DNA of 63,061 nt, counting the filler, from Octopus bimaculoides (Eukaryota): NCBI RefSeq assembly GCF_001194135.2. It is 5 parts of 4 records of this genome, joined end to end, with 100 filler letters (N's around TTAATTAATTAA, not from the genome) between each part and the next. Parts side by side here need not be neighbours in the genome. Positions count along the whole stretch, not along the records: positions 29,468 to 50,019 come from NC_068985.1; positions 50,120 to 57,711 come from NC_068991.1; 3 more parts are not named here. One strand, written 5' to 3'. The notes beneath the pieces were generated by a model. The model was not told the DNA's origin. It saw only the letters and a list, made by a program, of their open reading frames with translations, and searched no databases. This document shows, in pieces, positions 38,976 through 53,006 of the stretch; position 1 is the stretch's first letter; each line of letters opens with the position of its first letter. Both the position numbers and the translations under genes were made by a program.

Positions 38976-39455
38976 CTAGGTCTGTATTTAAAATTGGATA
39001 AATAGTCAATTTCATGTTTAGTGAGGACCTTTCCATGTATTTCAAGTAAAGAAGATAAGTTTTTAAGTGTCTTTTGTGGGTTGTATTATACTATCTTCTC
39101 ATAGTAAATATTATTTTCCAACGTGGAGAGTATTAACCTTTTTCTTTTGAGTGTTTAGAAAACAATATTGTGCAGGTTCCATGGGTTATTTTCCTTGGGT
39201 GTTTAAAAAATATTAGTTATATGAGGTAAAGATAAAGATCCTTTCCAGGGGCCGTATTATGAACTTTATCAACAATCTAAGTATGTCACGAGGTTTCGAG
39301 ACATGAGTTCTACTCACGAGTCAAGTCTCAACAAAACAATAAAACGATATTGGAGGAGTTAGCTAACAACGCTACAAGCAAATACACACCGATTTTCCAC
39401 ATATGTAGTATCTATAGTATAGCTCGGTTTGTGAGTCTGTGTGCGTGTGTGTGTG

Positions 39456-39503
<48 letters not shown>

Positions 39504-40166
39504 NNNNNNNNNNNNNNNNNNNNNNNNNNNNNNNNNNNNNNNNNNNNNNNNNNNNNNNNNNNNNNNNNNNNNNNNNNNNNNNNNNNNNNNNNNNNNNNNN
39601 NNNNNNNNNNNNNNNNNNNNNNNNNNNNNNNNNNNNNNNNNNNNNNNNNNNNNNNNNNNNNNNNNNNNNNNNNNNNNNNNNNNNNNNNNNNNNNNNNNNN
39701 NNNNNNNNNNNNNNNNNNNNNNNNNNNNNNNNNNNNNNNNNNNNNNNNNNNNNNNNNNNNNNNNNNNNNNNNNNNNNNNNNNNNNNNNNNNNNNNNNNNN
39801 NNNNNNNNNNNNNNNNNNNNNNNNNNNNNNNNNNNNNNNNNNNNNNNNNNNNNNNNNNNNNNNNNNNNNNNNNNNNNNNNNNNNNNNNNNNNNNNNNNNN
39901 NNNNNNNNNNNNNNNNNNNNNNNNNNNNNNNNNNNNNNNNNNNNNNNNNNNNNNNNNNNNNNNNNNNNNNNNNNNNNNNNNNNNNNNNNNNNNNNNNNNN
40001 NNNNNNNNNNNNNNNNNNNNNNNNNNNNNNNNNNNNNGATTTCTTCGACCAACGGCAGTGCTCCACCATGGCCACAGTCACATGACTGAAACAAGTAAAG
40101 CAATAAAAATCTATGCCATTTTAATCCCGAGCAAGGCCAGGTATCTCTGCTAGTATATATATAAAT

Positions 40167-40198
<32 letters not shown>

Positions 40199-40362
40199 GT
40201 GTGTGTGTGTGTGTGTATGTATGTGTGTGTGTGTGTGTGAGAGAGAGATAGAGAGTGTGTGTGTGTCTGTGTTTGCTTGTCTGTGTGTATGTGTGTGTGT
40301 GTGTGTATGTATGTATGTACATATATACACATATGTACTATATATATATATATATATATATA

Positions 40363-40870
40363 GTTCAAATTTACAGAAAAACAAAAGACGAAGACAGGTG
40401 TCGGAACAACAAACAGGTGTAGTAGTTTGATGTTCGGGAAAAATGGAAAAGTCTTTTACGTTTCTAACCTACACTCTTCGACAGAAACGAATAAGAAGGA
40501 AAAAGTGGAGAGGAGATATCCATGTAGGATAAGGAGGGCCCATTCTCGCGCCCATAGCCACTTCCGAGAGCAGTTGGTAAAACTGCCCCGCGAACGAGAA
40601 GCAGTTGAAAGAGAGGACAAGCTCGGCCAGACGAAAAAGTGTGGAGGTGCCAGGTTGAGGGTCAGGCCGAAGTTCAAGGAAGTGTTTAAGTGCAAGAAGG
40701 CCTTCGTTGTGTTAGGTAACCCATTTCTCCTCTCATTATTAACTGTTGTCTTCGTGTCTGTACATCGTTTTGTCTCGAGGCCGTCTCGTTTTATGTTTAG
40801 GTCTCGTTCCCGACAAGTTTCTTGTTGGTGCCTCCAGAGTGGAGGCAATATTATCGATAATGGCTGAAAT
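40363..40870 (-). mobile_element. Probable PLE terminal-repeat-like fragment with decayed hammerhead
   Basis: Minus strand GTTT-CTGTCGA-AGAGTGTAGGTTA-GAAAC-GT-A-AAAGAC at 40451-40488; no recognisable RT or nuclease. Confidence 0.45.
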
Positions 40871-41414
40871 TGCGTTTGACCCCTCTGGCCGATAACTGAT
40901 GAAGAATTGATGAACTATGTTTTGTATTTAGTATATGTTCGTTTATTTACTACACGATTTTTTTTATTTGTATAATATAGGTAGGTCATATTTTCCATTT
41001 GTTGTCTTTTTATTTAATCCTGAACACACACACACACACACACACATACACATATATGTATTTATGTATGTATGTATGTATGTGCGTGTGTGTGTGTGTA
41101 AGTGTGTGTGTATGCATGGAGAATGTAGACGTGTCAGTCATTGGAGAATGTCATGTTAAAATCATGAGCAACAAATTTGAGATGAGTTTGGGATTGGTTT
41201 ATGACACTTTTTTTATTATACAACGTAACATCTGTACAAGTATTTACTCTATCAAGTAGGACAGGTTGCAAACTTAAATCATTTCCCCTTACCGTATAAA
41301 GCAAACTTGATAGGAAGACAGACAGACAGACAGACAGACAGGTAGACAGGTAGACAGGTAGACAGGTAGACAGGTAGACAGGTAGACAGACAGACAGACA
41401 GGTAGACAGACAGG

Positions 41415-41445
<31 letters not shown>

Positions 41446-41535
41446 GTAGTTAAAGTATTGTGTATAAGTGTGTGTGTGTGTTTGTGTGTGTGTGTGTTTG
41501 TGTGTTTGTGTGTGCGTGCGTGCGTGTGTGTGTGC

Positions 41536-41582
<47 letters not shown>

Positions 41583-41594
41583 CTCTTGTTTTTA

Positions 41595-41820
41595 ATTATT
41601 TAAATTCTTCTTCTGAGGAAGGAGCTGGTTTCTAATGAAGATGCACCATCGTTGAAATGTAGATAACAAAAACAAATTACAATTTTAGACCTGAGAAATG
41701 TCTTGCATATTTTTACTATTCCACTTACAGACTGTATTTGTAATGTGCAAATTAGATGGTTGATTTCTTTTTCTGAAAACCCTTGCTTATTCTGAATGTT
41801 ACTAAGACATTTATAAAAAC
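41595..41820 (-). mobile_element. RLE-type LINE 3' end fragment
   Basis: GFSEKEINHLICTLQIQSVSGIVKICKTFL matches the C-terminus of ORF 36096-36989 (GFSKPERRKLIRRLQIQSITGTVKICKTFQ). Confidence 0.8.
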
Positions 41821-42380
41821 AAGTCGTCGTCGTCATTTAATGTCTGTCTTTCATGCTGGCCTGGATTGGACGCTTCCACAGAATCTGATGAGCCGGAGGT
41901 TTGCGTCGAGCTCCAATACTTGCTTTGGAAATGATTTGTACGATTTTATAGCCCTTCCTAACGCCAGCTACTTTATACAGTGTACTAGGTACATTATTCG
42001 GAAACAATGGATAAAACGGCATAGGATTAGCATGGAGAAATATCTTGGAGAAGAAAAGAGGGAGAAATGTAGACACACAACAACTGATGAGTGTATTTCT
42101 ATACTCTTGTCCCTAATAATCTTCCAAAGATGTACATCCCTAGCTCTTTCTTGTTAATTATTTCATCCTTTCATCATGTACGCACTCACACACATAAATG
42201 CACAAAGCATACACACACGCATGCACACACGCGCACGCGCACGTTCACACACACAGAAACACACACGCACACATACACATTTAACATGTACAACTGATTA
42301 TATAATACATAATTTAGTATGTCCGACATTCTTTGATGTAAGATTCATTTTCTACACAAAATTATACTTTGAAGAACACA

Positions 42381-42424
<44 letters not shown>

Positions 42425-42483
42425 CATGTACACACACGCACGCACACATGCACACTACGTATATATATATATATATATATATA

Positions 42484-42802
42484 CTAGCAGCTAAACCCGG
42501 TTTCACCAGGTCTTTTTGTGTGATGTGGCTGTGATCGTCTTCGGTTAGGCATAATCTATAACACTGTTTCACAACCTTATCATTTCGGGTCCCCTGTTTC
42601 GATTAGACCGTCTAGCTGTATAACGATTTCACCCCACCACCCCCTCTCAGAAAATGGCTTCAGGTGTTCGGGGAAATTGTATGTAAGAATTAATAGCAGA
42701 CGTATCCAATTTAAGAAAATTGAAGATAAAAGCTAAGTGAAAAAGTATGGAATAAGTAATTGTTATACGCTTATAGAAAAACAATTTATATTATAGAATA
42801 GA
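42484..42802 (-). mobile_element. Non-autonomous Helitron, 319 bp
   Basis: Minus strand 5' TCTATTCTATAATATAA; 3' hairpin CCTGG-TGAAA-CCGGG 8 nt before CTAG; inserted between A and T with no TSD. Confidence 0.85.
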
Positions 42803-43093
42803 TACATACCTGTTGAAGACGCAAATGTATGTGAGAGCTATTGTATTGGACGTGTGTATAATCATAGAGAAAGTGAAAGACATATGAAATGCACCTTTGT
42901 GTGTGTTTTTTTTGCGACTAATTTGGCGGGAGTTTTGCAGTGAGCAGAAGNNNNNNNNNNAAATATTTTTTTAATATGTGTTTTGGGTAAAGGGGCTCTT
43001 TTGAAGTGGGCGTCAAATGAAAATAGACATGGACAGCTTTATAACTGAACTTCTTTTGAAGTTGGCGTGAGACGGAAGAATTGATGTGTGTGC

Positions 43094-43138
<45 letters not shown>

Positions 43139-43296
43139 ATGGGGTGTGCGAGATAGAGAGAGTAATGTTGATGGTGTGTATATGAGAGAGAGAGTATCAG
43201 AGAAAAACCGAGAGAGAGTGTGGTTATGTATGTATGTATGTATATATATATATATCTATGTATGTATGTTTTTATGTATGTATGTATGTATGTTTT

Positions 43297-43328
<32 letters not shown>

Positions 43329-43567
43329 AATGGCTTCAGTGACACACTCACATACACTCACGCACGCACGCACGCATGTTGTTTTAATCGATTTTCTCAG
43401 TATCTATGGGGCTAGGAAAAATACAAGGCGCGTTCCAATCTATGCACCCGTCTCCACATGTGTACCATTCTTCACGCGAATCCACCCAGTCGTTTGGCCG
43501 TGAACCTCGAGACAAGAAATAATACAACGGTCGCCCATGTTCAATTTATATTATAGATTATATGCAT

Positions 43568-43730
43568 AGGCGTAGCTGTGTTGTAAGAAACTCATTTCTC
43601 GACCACATGGTTCCGGGTTCACTCCCACTGCGTGGCACCTTGGGTAAGTGTCTTCTACTGTAGCCTCAGTCCGACCGAAGTTTTGTGAGCGGATGTGATA
43701 TGCGGAAACTTAAAGAAGCCTGTTGTATAT
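43568..43730 (+). mobile_element. SINE family A head
   Basis: GGCGTAGCTGTGTTGTAAG...GGTTCACTCCCACTGCGTGGCACCTTGGG...GAAGCCTGTTG. Confidence 0.8.
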
Positions 43731-44210
43731 ATATATATATATATATATNNNNNNNNNNNNNNNNNNNNNNNNNNNNNNNNNNNNNNNNNNNNNNNNNNNN
43801 NNNNNNNNNNNNNNNNNNNNNNNNNNNNNNNNNNNNNNNNNNNNNNNNNNNNNNNNNNNNNNNNNNNNNNNNNNNNNNNNNNNNNNNNNNNNNNNNNNNN
43901 NNNNNNNNNNNNNNNNNNNNNNNNNNNNNNNNNNNNNNNNNNNNNNNNNNNNNNNNNNNNNNNNNNNNNNNNNNNNNNNNNNNNNNNNNNNNNNNNNNNN
44001 NNNNNNNNNNNNNNNNNNNNNNNNNNNNNNNNNNNNNNNNNNNNNNNNNNNNNNNNNNNNNNNNNNNNNNNNNNNNNNNNNNNNNNNNNNNNNNNNNNNN
44101 NNNNNNNNNNNNNNNNNNNNNNNNNNNNNNNNNNNNNNNNNNNNNNNNNNNNNNNNNNNNNNNNNNNNNNNNNNNNNNNNNNNNNNNNNNNNNNNNNNNN
44201 NNNNNNNNNN

Positions 44211-44960
44211 ACGTATAAACAACAAATGTAGCAATGTGACCGACAAAGCCTTCAACACCAAACAGTTCCTCGGAGACCTAACCCTGAATGGCTACCCACC
44301 ATCTTTAGCTAAACAAAGGCACCTTAAGAACATTAAGGTCAATAAACCCCGGAAGAACCAGCATACTCCCAAGTCCAGCACGTGCTTCCTAAAGCTACCA
44401 CACTTTGACGACAGAACTATTGCAACAATACAACACGTAGTCCGCAGGGAATCACTCGATATACATATAGTGCACACCGGCTCTTCCCTGAGAAAAGTTC
44501 TGTCCAAGAACAACACTTCTCACTACTCCGAAGAGTGCACATTGTCGAACTGCTCCATCAATGACCCTGTATTGTGCCAGAGGACCTATGTCGTATATGA
44601 TATCATCTGTGACAAATGTGGCGCACCCTACATCAGAAGCACGACAAGAAAACTGCATGTACGCATTAAGGAACACATGCAGGCAGACACTTTCGTGAAG
44701 AAACATCTACGAAATGCCAGACCCGGGAATTCACAGTGCACATCAAGGCAACACAGCGGAACAGGGGCAACCTTAGAATCTCTGAGGTCATCTTCATACA
44801 CCAAAAGAAACCCAAGATCAATAATAGTAAGGAGTTACAGGAAGCTAGCTGATTGCTATGGTAACACCCTTCTGCGCATGTCCACTCCACACTCGACATC
44901 GGCAACATTCGTCAATTTCTTGAAAATGGGTCACAACCTCGAAATATTGAATACAAGGTA
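44211..44960 (+). mobile_element. Penelope-like element, RT C-terminus plus GIY-YIG endonuclease, decayed
   Basis: LTLNGYPP...LKLPHF...TYVVYDIICDKCGAPYIRSTTRKLHVRIKEH (YIG mutated to YIR); frame breaks after KKHLRNA; decayed hammerhead at 44916-44952. Confidence 0.88.
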
Positions 44961-45090
44961 GGTCTACATTAATTCACATATTTATTTTCTTGTGATTTAC
45001 CTTGCATTTACTTCGCATTGTTTTGGCCTTACCCACTATACTTTTTACAATATATTCTACATAATGCTTCATAGTAATTATTCCATTATA

Positions 45091-45119
<29 letters not shown>

Positions 45120-45121
<2 letters not shown>

Positions 45122-45345
45122 TTTGTGTGCTTGTGTCTGTGTTTGTCCCCCACTGCACCACCACTTGACAACCGATGTTGGTGTGCTTACGTCCACGTAG
45201 CATAGTGGTTCGGCAAAGAGATCAATAAACTAAGTATTATGTTTACAAAGAATAAGTCCTGGGGTCGATTTGTTCGACTAAAACCCTTAAGGTGTTCCTC
45301 CAGAATGACCGCAGTCAAATGACTGAAACAAGTAAAAGAATAAAA
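45120..45345 (+). mobile_element. SINE family A 3' half
   Basis: TTGACAACCGATGTTGGTGTG...GGGGTCGATTTGTTCGACT...CCGCAGTCAAATGACTGAAACAAGTAAAAGA. Confidence 0.8.
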
Positions 45346-45368
45346 GAATTAAAGAACATATATATACT

Positions 45369-45406
<38 letters not shown>

Positions 45407-45894
45407 NNNNNNNNNNNNNNNNNNNNNNNNNNNNNNNNNNNNNNNNNNNNNNNNNNNNNNNNNNNNNNNNNNNNNNNNNNNNNNNNNNNNNNNNNNNNNN
45501 NNNNNNNNNNNNNNNNNNNNNNNNNNNNNNNNNNNNNNNNNNNNNNNNNNNNNNNNNNNNNNNNNNNNNNNNNNNNNNNNNNNNNNNNNNNNNNNNNNNN
45601 NNNNNNNNNNNNNNNNNNNNNNNNNNNNNNNNNNNNNNNNNNNNNNNNNNNNNNNNNNNNNNNNNNNNNNNNNNNNNNNNNNNNNNNNNNNNNNNNNNNN
45701 NNNNNNNNNNNNNNNNNNNNNNNNNNNNNNNNNNNNTATATATATATATATATATATATATGCATATATGGGTACAGGACGTCATATAATTTGATTTGAT
45801 CTATTTTTAGCTCATGAGCCGTGGCCAATACTGGGGCACCGCCATTTTGGTGGGCAAATATGTATGTATGTATGTATGTATGCATGTATATCTA

Positions 45895-46220
45895 TAATGA
45901 GGTGATGAGAAGAACATTTATGTGAAGTTTGCAGGACATAGTACTTACGTGGCGGATACGTTTTACTGGCCATGTGCTTCGATTACCGCAGAAGAGACAT
46001 GCTATTATCCTGATAGAGTGGGCAGCGGAAGGAGAAAGAGACCGAGAGGAATACCAAGGAAGACGTGACGCAGTACATCCTAGGAGGACATGATAGCGAT
46101 GAAAGTTGGCCCCAGTAGACCCAGAGGAAAGACGAGCAATAAAGATGTCTGGAGAAGGCTTGTTGCCCGTTGTGCTAACAGCTCTGGAGGATCTAAGAGC
46201 TAAGAGCTAAGAGCTAAGAT
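45895..46220 (+). mobile_element. RTE-clade LINE 3' end with (CTAAGAG)n tail
   Basis: WRIRFTGHVLRLP...RRLVARCANSSGGSK then CTAAGAGCTAAGAGCTAAGAG. Confidence 0.75.
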
Positions 46221-46485
46221 AGATAAAATGAGAGAATGGAACATGAACTTGAATTCGGTATTCCTTTATTAAATCTGTTACATATGTTTCAGTATTCGGT
46301 AATAAATTAGGCTACATTATAAATGCAATCCATAAATGCACCTCATAAGTGCAGAACGATAAAACTGTTGCTCATTGAGTGCATCCATTTCTACTTGTGT
46401 ATGTGTGTGTATGTATGCGTGTGTGCGCGCGTGCCTGCGTTTATGTGTGTGAGCTAGAGTGTGTTTGCGTGTGTGTGTGTGTGTG

Positions 46486-46581
<96 letters not shown>

Positions 46582-46624
46582 GTATTTTTTATATTTCAAT
46601 ATACGAGTATAATCCTATATACAG

Positions 46625-46665
<41 letters not shown>

Positions 46666-46689
46666 TTGTCAACTAAATCTGATGTTCTC

Positions 46690-47790
<1,101 letters not shown>

Positions 47791-48349
47791 GACTCAGACC
47801 TTCAGATTTAGCAACTAAAAATAAATAGAGCTTTCTCCACAAGATGCTGTTTTATTCATCTATACACCTAGCTGCTGTCTTTGTCTCTATGACAAGCTTT
47901 ACTTAGTGCAAAAGCTCATTGTCTTCACAAGAAGACTAAACTTACATATTACTATCGCCAAAGAAGCTCCTTATTAATTTTAAGCCATAGTTGACCTTAT
48001 TCCATAAATTTAACAATATATTTAGCCATAATTGTTTTCTGAAATTTTAAAATTCACTACTTTTCCTAAAGAAAACAAGGAGAACGGCTCTTACTTATTG
48101 TACCAGAGTTGTCACCATTCATCATAGTAACACTTACTACTACATCTAGTACTTGCTACACCTTGTAGTCGTTCCATTATGTGACTGGTACTATTTAATA
48201 GGAACGACGTTTATGCATGAGCCAAAGATAACCAACCTTGTGTAGAAACTGGTGCTGCCTCACTACATACCACCATCACCGCATCCGAACGACTAGCTCT
48301 CTTTCTTGTGTATGTCAGACTAAGTAAAGCAGATTTAAGTCAAAATATA

Positions 48350-48423
<74 letters not shown>

Positions 48424-49005
48424 NNNNNNNNNNNNNNNNNNNNNNNNNNNNNNNNNNNNNNNNNNNNNNNNNNNNNNNNNNNNNNNNNNNNNNNNNNNNN
48501 NNNNNNNNNNNNNNNNNNNNNNNNNNNNNNNNNNNNNNNNNNNNNNNNNNNNNNNNNNNNNNNNNNNNNNNNNNNNNNNNNNNNNNNNNNNNNNNNNNNN
48601 NNNNNNNNNNNNNNNNNNNNNNNNNNNNNNNNNNNNNNNNNNNNNNNNNNNNNNNNNNNNNNNNNNNNNNNNNNNNNNNNNNNNNNNNNNNNNNNNNNNN
48701 NNNNNNNNNNNNNNNNNNNNNNNNNNNNNNNNNNNNNNNNNNNNNNNNNNNNNNNNNNNNNNNNNNNNNNNNNNNNNNNNNNNNNNNNNNNNNNNNNNNN
48801 NNNNNNNNNNNNNNNNNNNNNNNNNNNNNNNNNNNNNNNNNNNNNNNNNNNNNNNNNNNNNNNNNNNNGATTATACGGTATTTAAATAAATATTTAAAAT
48901 AGCTGCAAATGTGTTCACTCGCCTTAATTTTATAAAAATGTAGACTTAGTACATTGCTTTATGAAACACTATATCACTCTCCTCTCTTCTCTCTATCTCA
49001 TCTCA

Positions 49006-49060
<55 letters not shown>

Positions 49061-49423
49061 AAGTTTTCATATGTACTTGTCGGCTTAATCATACAAGTAG
49101 TTACATTTTCTTTTTTCTTTTTTGCTACTTTCATTTTGCTTGGAAAGCGGTCATGCTCAGACACTGCTTTTAAGAGTTCAGTCAATTATTTCGACCTCAG
49201 TACTTGTTTAAGAGTGTTACTCATTCAATCGATCTCCTTCTGTCGAACAGATAGGCTACAAGGCAAATTTAGAAAATGCGAATATTAATTATAAAAAGAA
49301 ACAACTTTAATCCAGTACATGTAAAGCCCTCTGAAGAACAGAAAACTGAGATCGAACTTTTGGCAACTAAACTAATTAAGTAAAATCTAAGAACTTTCTT
49401 ACGCTATGAACGTGGGTCTAAAG

Positions 49424-49619
49424 CAATGGTTCTCTACCGGGGTCCATATAAGATTTGGGTGTTAAAAATTACGTGTCATAAATCAGTTATACTTTTACAA
49501 TACACAATATCTTAACAATTTATAATGAGAAATTTCAAAACTTCAAATAGCTATAGGGTCCGGTAGAGTGAAATAGGAATCAAAGGGGTCTATGAGCAAA
49601 AAGTGGTTGGGAACCACTG
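49424..49619. mobile_element. hAT-type MITE, 196 bp
   Basis: Perfect 8-bp TSD GTCTAAAG (49416-49423, 49620-49627); TIR CAATGGTTCTCTACC / GGTTGGGAACCACTG. Confidence 0.9.
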
Positions 49620-50487
49620 GTCTAAAGTCTAATATCTTGAAATAATAGGAGCAGTCATTGCTGTGTGGTAAGAAGCTTGCTTCCGGTTTGGCGCAATTGC
49701 ATCACTTCCGGTAAGGTCGTGTTTGGACGTATTCTGTTCGTTACCCGGTAAGAGTTTCTTGCTGTCATTATTGCCTTGCTGTTGCTGTACTTGTTGAATT
49801 TGCGGTTGAATTATCTGTTGGAAAGTGCTGGAAAATTCGTTGGACTTTGTACTTCCCGGTTTATCGGGGAGTAATTATTGAACTGTTACATTTTTTGGCC
49901 ACTGAGGCATTTCTTGTATCTGTGAAAATTTTTGTACAAACTGTTAATAGTCGTTTTAGACTATCCTATGTGACCCTTCCCCCAGCGGGGGCGGGATTTG
50001 AACCTTCTTTGTCCTTGCGNNNNNNNNNNNNNNNNNNNNNNNNNNNNNNNNNNNNNNNNNNNNTTAATTAATTAANNNNNNNNNNNNNNNNNNNNNNNNN
50101 NNNNNNNNNNNNNNNNNNNATATATATATATATATATATATATACATGCATACATGGGTACAGGACGTCACTAACCGTAAATGACATGAAATATGAGTTC
50201 AATACGTAAACAACGAGAGAACCAAATGGAATGACTGTTTGAATAGAAAAGTCCCACAAAATCTTAAATTTTTCCGACTCCAGGACTCTTTCGACTCGAT
50301 GATTGTACCATATGTTTCCAACTTTATATCCCCATTTCTATCAGGTTTCCAGTGTAAAACAACCTAATAGTGCCTCCATTTTTTATATTCTACTTCTGCC
50401 AACTTGAAGCATTCTGTCATAATGTGTGCCACTGCCTTGTTTCAAATTTCACAGGCTCTATTATTATTATCATCATTATTATTATTC

Positions 50488-51040
50488 AGTAGTCTTATTT
50501 TTATCACGTGCTTTCACTGCACTACCGAGCGCAACTGTGTGCCTTGGTTACGTGCTGTGGTTTGATGTGATGCTCTCATTTTTACTGTATAGAAATTGTT
50601 TTGCGTAGGATGAGTGCGGTGCCTAATGGCGCTATTTTTGTATGTTACATATACTTGTTAGTCCTGGCGTTTTTGTCATGGATTTGCCTGAATATATTTT
50701 TATCATACCTAATGCGTCTACTATGATAGGAATTGTTTCTGTTTTAGACTCCACATTCGAGTTATCTGTTTCCAGATCTTTGTATTTTGAAAGTTTCTCC
50801 GTTTCTTTTAGAGAAACATTGTCATCTATTGGTATTGATACATCGATTAGGAAGCAATTTTCGTCTTGGTGATCTCTGACAGCTATATCCGGCCTATCGG
50901 TCTTAATTTCTCAATCTGTGTGTATTGACCTTTTCTAACGTGTGTCTATACCATCTTTTTTTCTGTTGTCATTCCATAGTGTTGGCATAGCTTCCAGTGT
51001 ATGTAGGTCCCAACTCAGTCGTGTCTGTGAATATATTCCT
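50488..51040 (-). mobile_element. RLE-type (Dong-like) LINE 3' fragment with (AAT)n tail
   Basis: HWKLCQHYG...RPDIAV...LIDVSIP...EKLSKYKDL...GTALILRKTISIQ*; same family as 57386-57711. Confidence 0.85.
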
Positions 51041-51065
51041 TATTCTTATTCTTCTTCTTCTTCTT

Positions 51066-51134
<69 letters not shown>

Positions 51135-51135
51135 T

Positions 51136-52585
51136 ATACTTCTCAGAACATTTGGTCGTGTTTGTTCTGGTAGATTCTATGAGAGCAGATAGTATCCTGT
51201 TCTCAGAGGTCTCATATGGTCTCTTTCCGTACATTATAAGCTTTGATATTTGCCTGTTAATTATAGTGGGAGACATTCAACATCTAAATACCCATCTCAA
51301 AATCCTAGCTGTTCCCAGCACAGCAGTTTTTGGGGTTTGTTCTGCTCTCATGTCAATTCCGATTTCTCTGACATATTTCCCGAACTTGGTTGTTAATACT
51401 CTGAGTGCCCCTACATCTACTGGAATGACAGACACTTTCCTCATAGTCCACATTCTTGCAATTTCGTCTTTTAATACTCTGTACTTTTCAATCTTTTCTA
51501 GTTCTTTGTCACTTATGCGCACATCTCCAGGTATTACAATGTCTATGATCTTGGTTATTTTGTTTCCTTTATGCATCACAACAATATCTGGTCTCTGAGC
51601 CTCGATTCGGGAGTTACATTGGATGTGAAATCCCACACCATCTTACATTCCTTGTTCTCGGTTCATGTTCGTACCATTTCTGTGCACTGTTCAGGCCGTA
51701 CTTTTCACATAGCCTCCAGTGGACGAACTTAGCCACGTTATCGTATCTTCCTTTGTAGTGTTTTTAGACCAGCTTGCAACACTCACTCACAATATGTGAG
51801 AGTGTTTCGTTTCTGCTGTCACACATCATGCGAAGAAGCGATTCACTACTCTTATCTGTTTGGAACTTGATGTAATTTGTTCTCAGAACTTGCTCCTGGG
51901 CGCTGCATATCAATACCTCAGGGCATCCCTCCAGATAACTTTTTTTAGCCATCTCCAAGTGTTGATCCTATCTTTTCCTTCGATTTTTCTGAGGTATTAC
52001 CCATGCATTTTCCAGTTGTTTACTCTTTTTTCTTCATCTTGTTTCTTAAGTATTCGTAGATGCATCACATTTTCGGTAGGTATTATATTGTTAATTCTAA
52101 CAGCGGCAAGCAAGGATTTATTCTCCTGTTTGATGCATCATCCCAGACTATTCTTCTCGTTGACAACACAGATCTTGCATCTTATGAGTCCTCCTCCACC
52201 ACTGTTTCTATGCACATACAGTCTGTCAGTATCGCTTTTGGGATGTAATTCCTTGCTAATTGTCATCACTTTTCTAGTTTTCTTATCCATTTCCTTGAGC
52301 TCGTTCTTTGTCCACCTTACAACACCTACGCCGTATCGCATTAAGGAAACAACCCATGTGTTCATTGCCCTGATTTTATGTTTTCCATTGAGTCTGCCTC
52401 CCATAATTAAACTGGTTCTTCTGAGATATTTTCGCCTAATGCTTTCATGCATTTCACTTTCTTTGATTTTGTCGTATTCTATAATCCCCAAATATTTATA
52501 TCCATTAGTTTCAATATCCTTGATTTCTTGCCGTTGGATGGCTCTACACCATCAGACTTTGCCTAATCCTCAACAGAAATCACAC
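51136..52585 (-). mobile_element. RLE-type (Dong-like) LINE, 5'-truncated, (AAT)n/(AAG)n tail
   Basis: YKYLGIIEYDKIKE, NKIRAMNTWVVSLMRY, LYVHRNSGGGGL, QEQVLRTNYIK, ETLSHIVSECCKL, RPDIVV...IIDIVIPGD...EKIEKYRVL, GTARIL. Confidence 0.9.
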
Positions 52586-52914
52586 AGTCACAGACCAATT
52601 GAAACTGTAAGCTAGATTTTCGTTAGGTTCAGATTAAGTTTAAGCATTTCTCCTTCCTTCTCTGCTGAAATCTTAAATCTCTAAACCGTACACTTAATTC
52701 ATACGCTATCATGGAGATCAGGTCTTTAAGACAGCCAGACTGTTTCACTTCTTCATCGAGCCCCTCCACTTCCAGGCCAATTAAATACCCTGTGTACCTA
52801 GCCAATCAAGCAGACTTAGACTATCTTAGCTGAAATTCTCCTTCCCTCAACCCACCTACTTGTTACTAGCAGCCTAACGAAAATTGTAAGGCTAATATTG
52901 AACACCCATCTTGC

Positions 52915-52970
<56 letters not shown>

Positions 52971-53006
52971 CTTTAGTAAAGTACCCCTTACCCCAGGTTT
53001 TTTTTT

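Noticed and set aside
39270-39335. Minus-strand GAGAC...GTCTC-GAAAC hairpin near the PLE remnant
   Set aside because: Core reads TTGTTGA and the cleavage position is G; too degenerate to call
40427-40867. 146-aa (+) and 130-aa (-) ORFs
   Set aside because: They lie within a repeat-like fragment and have no recognisable domain
42083-42110. CTGATGA followed by a small hairpin; CTGACGA at about 62190
   Set aside because: No downstream GAAA, stem III or stem I
52725-52765. Minus-strand TCGATGA-AGAAGT-GAAAC motif
   Set aside because: C3 mutated, stem II essentially absent, stem III does not pair
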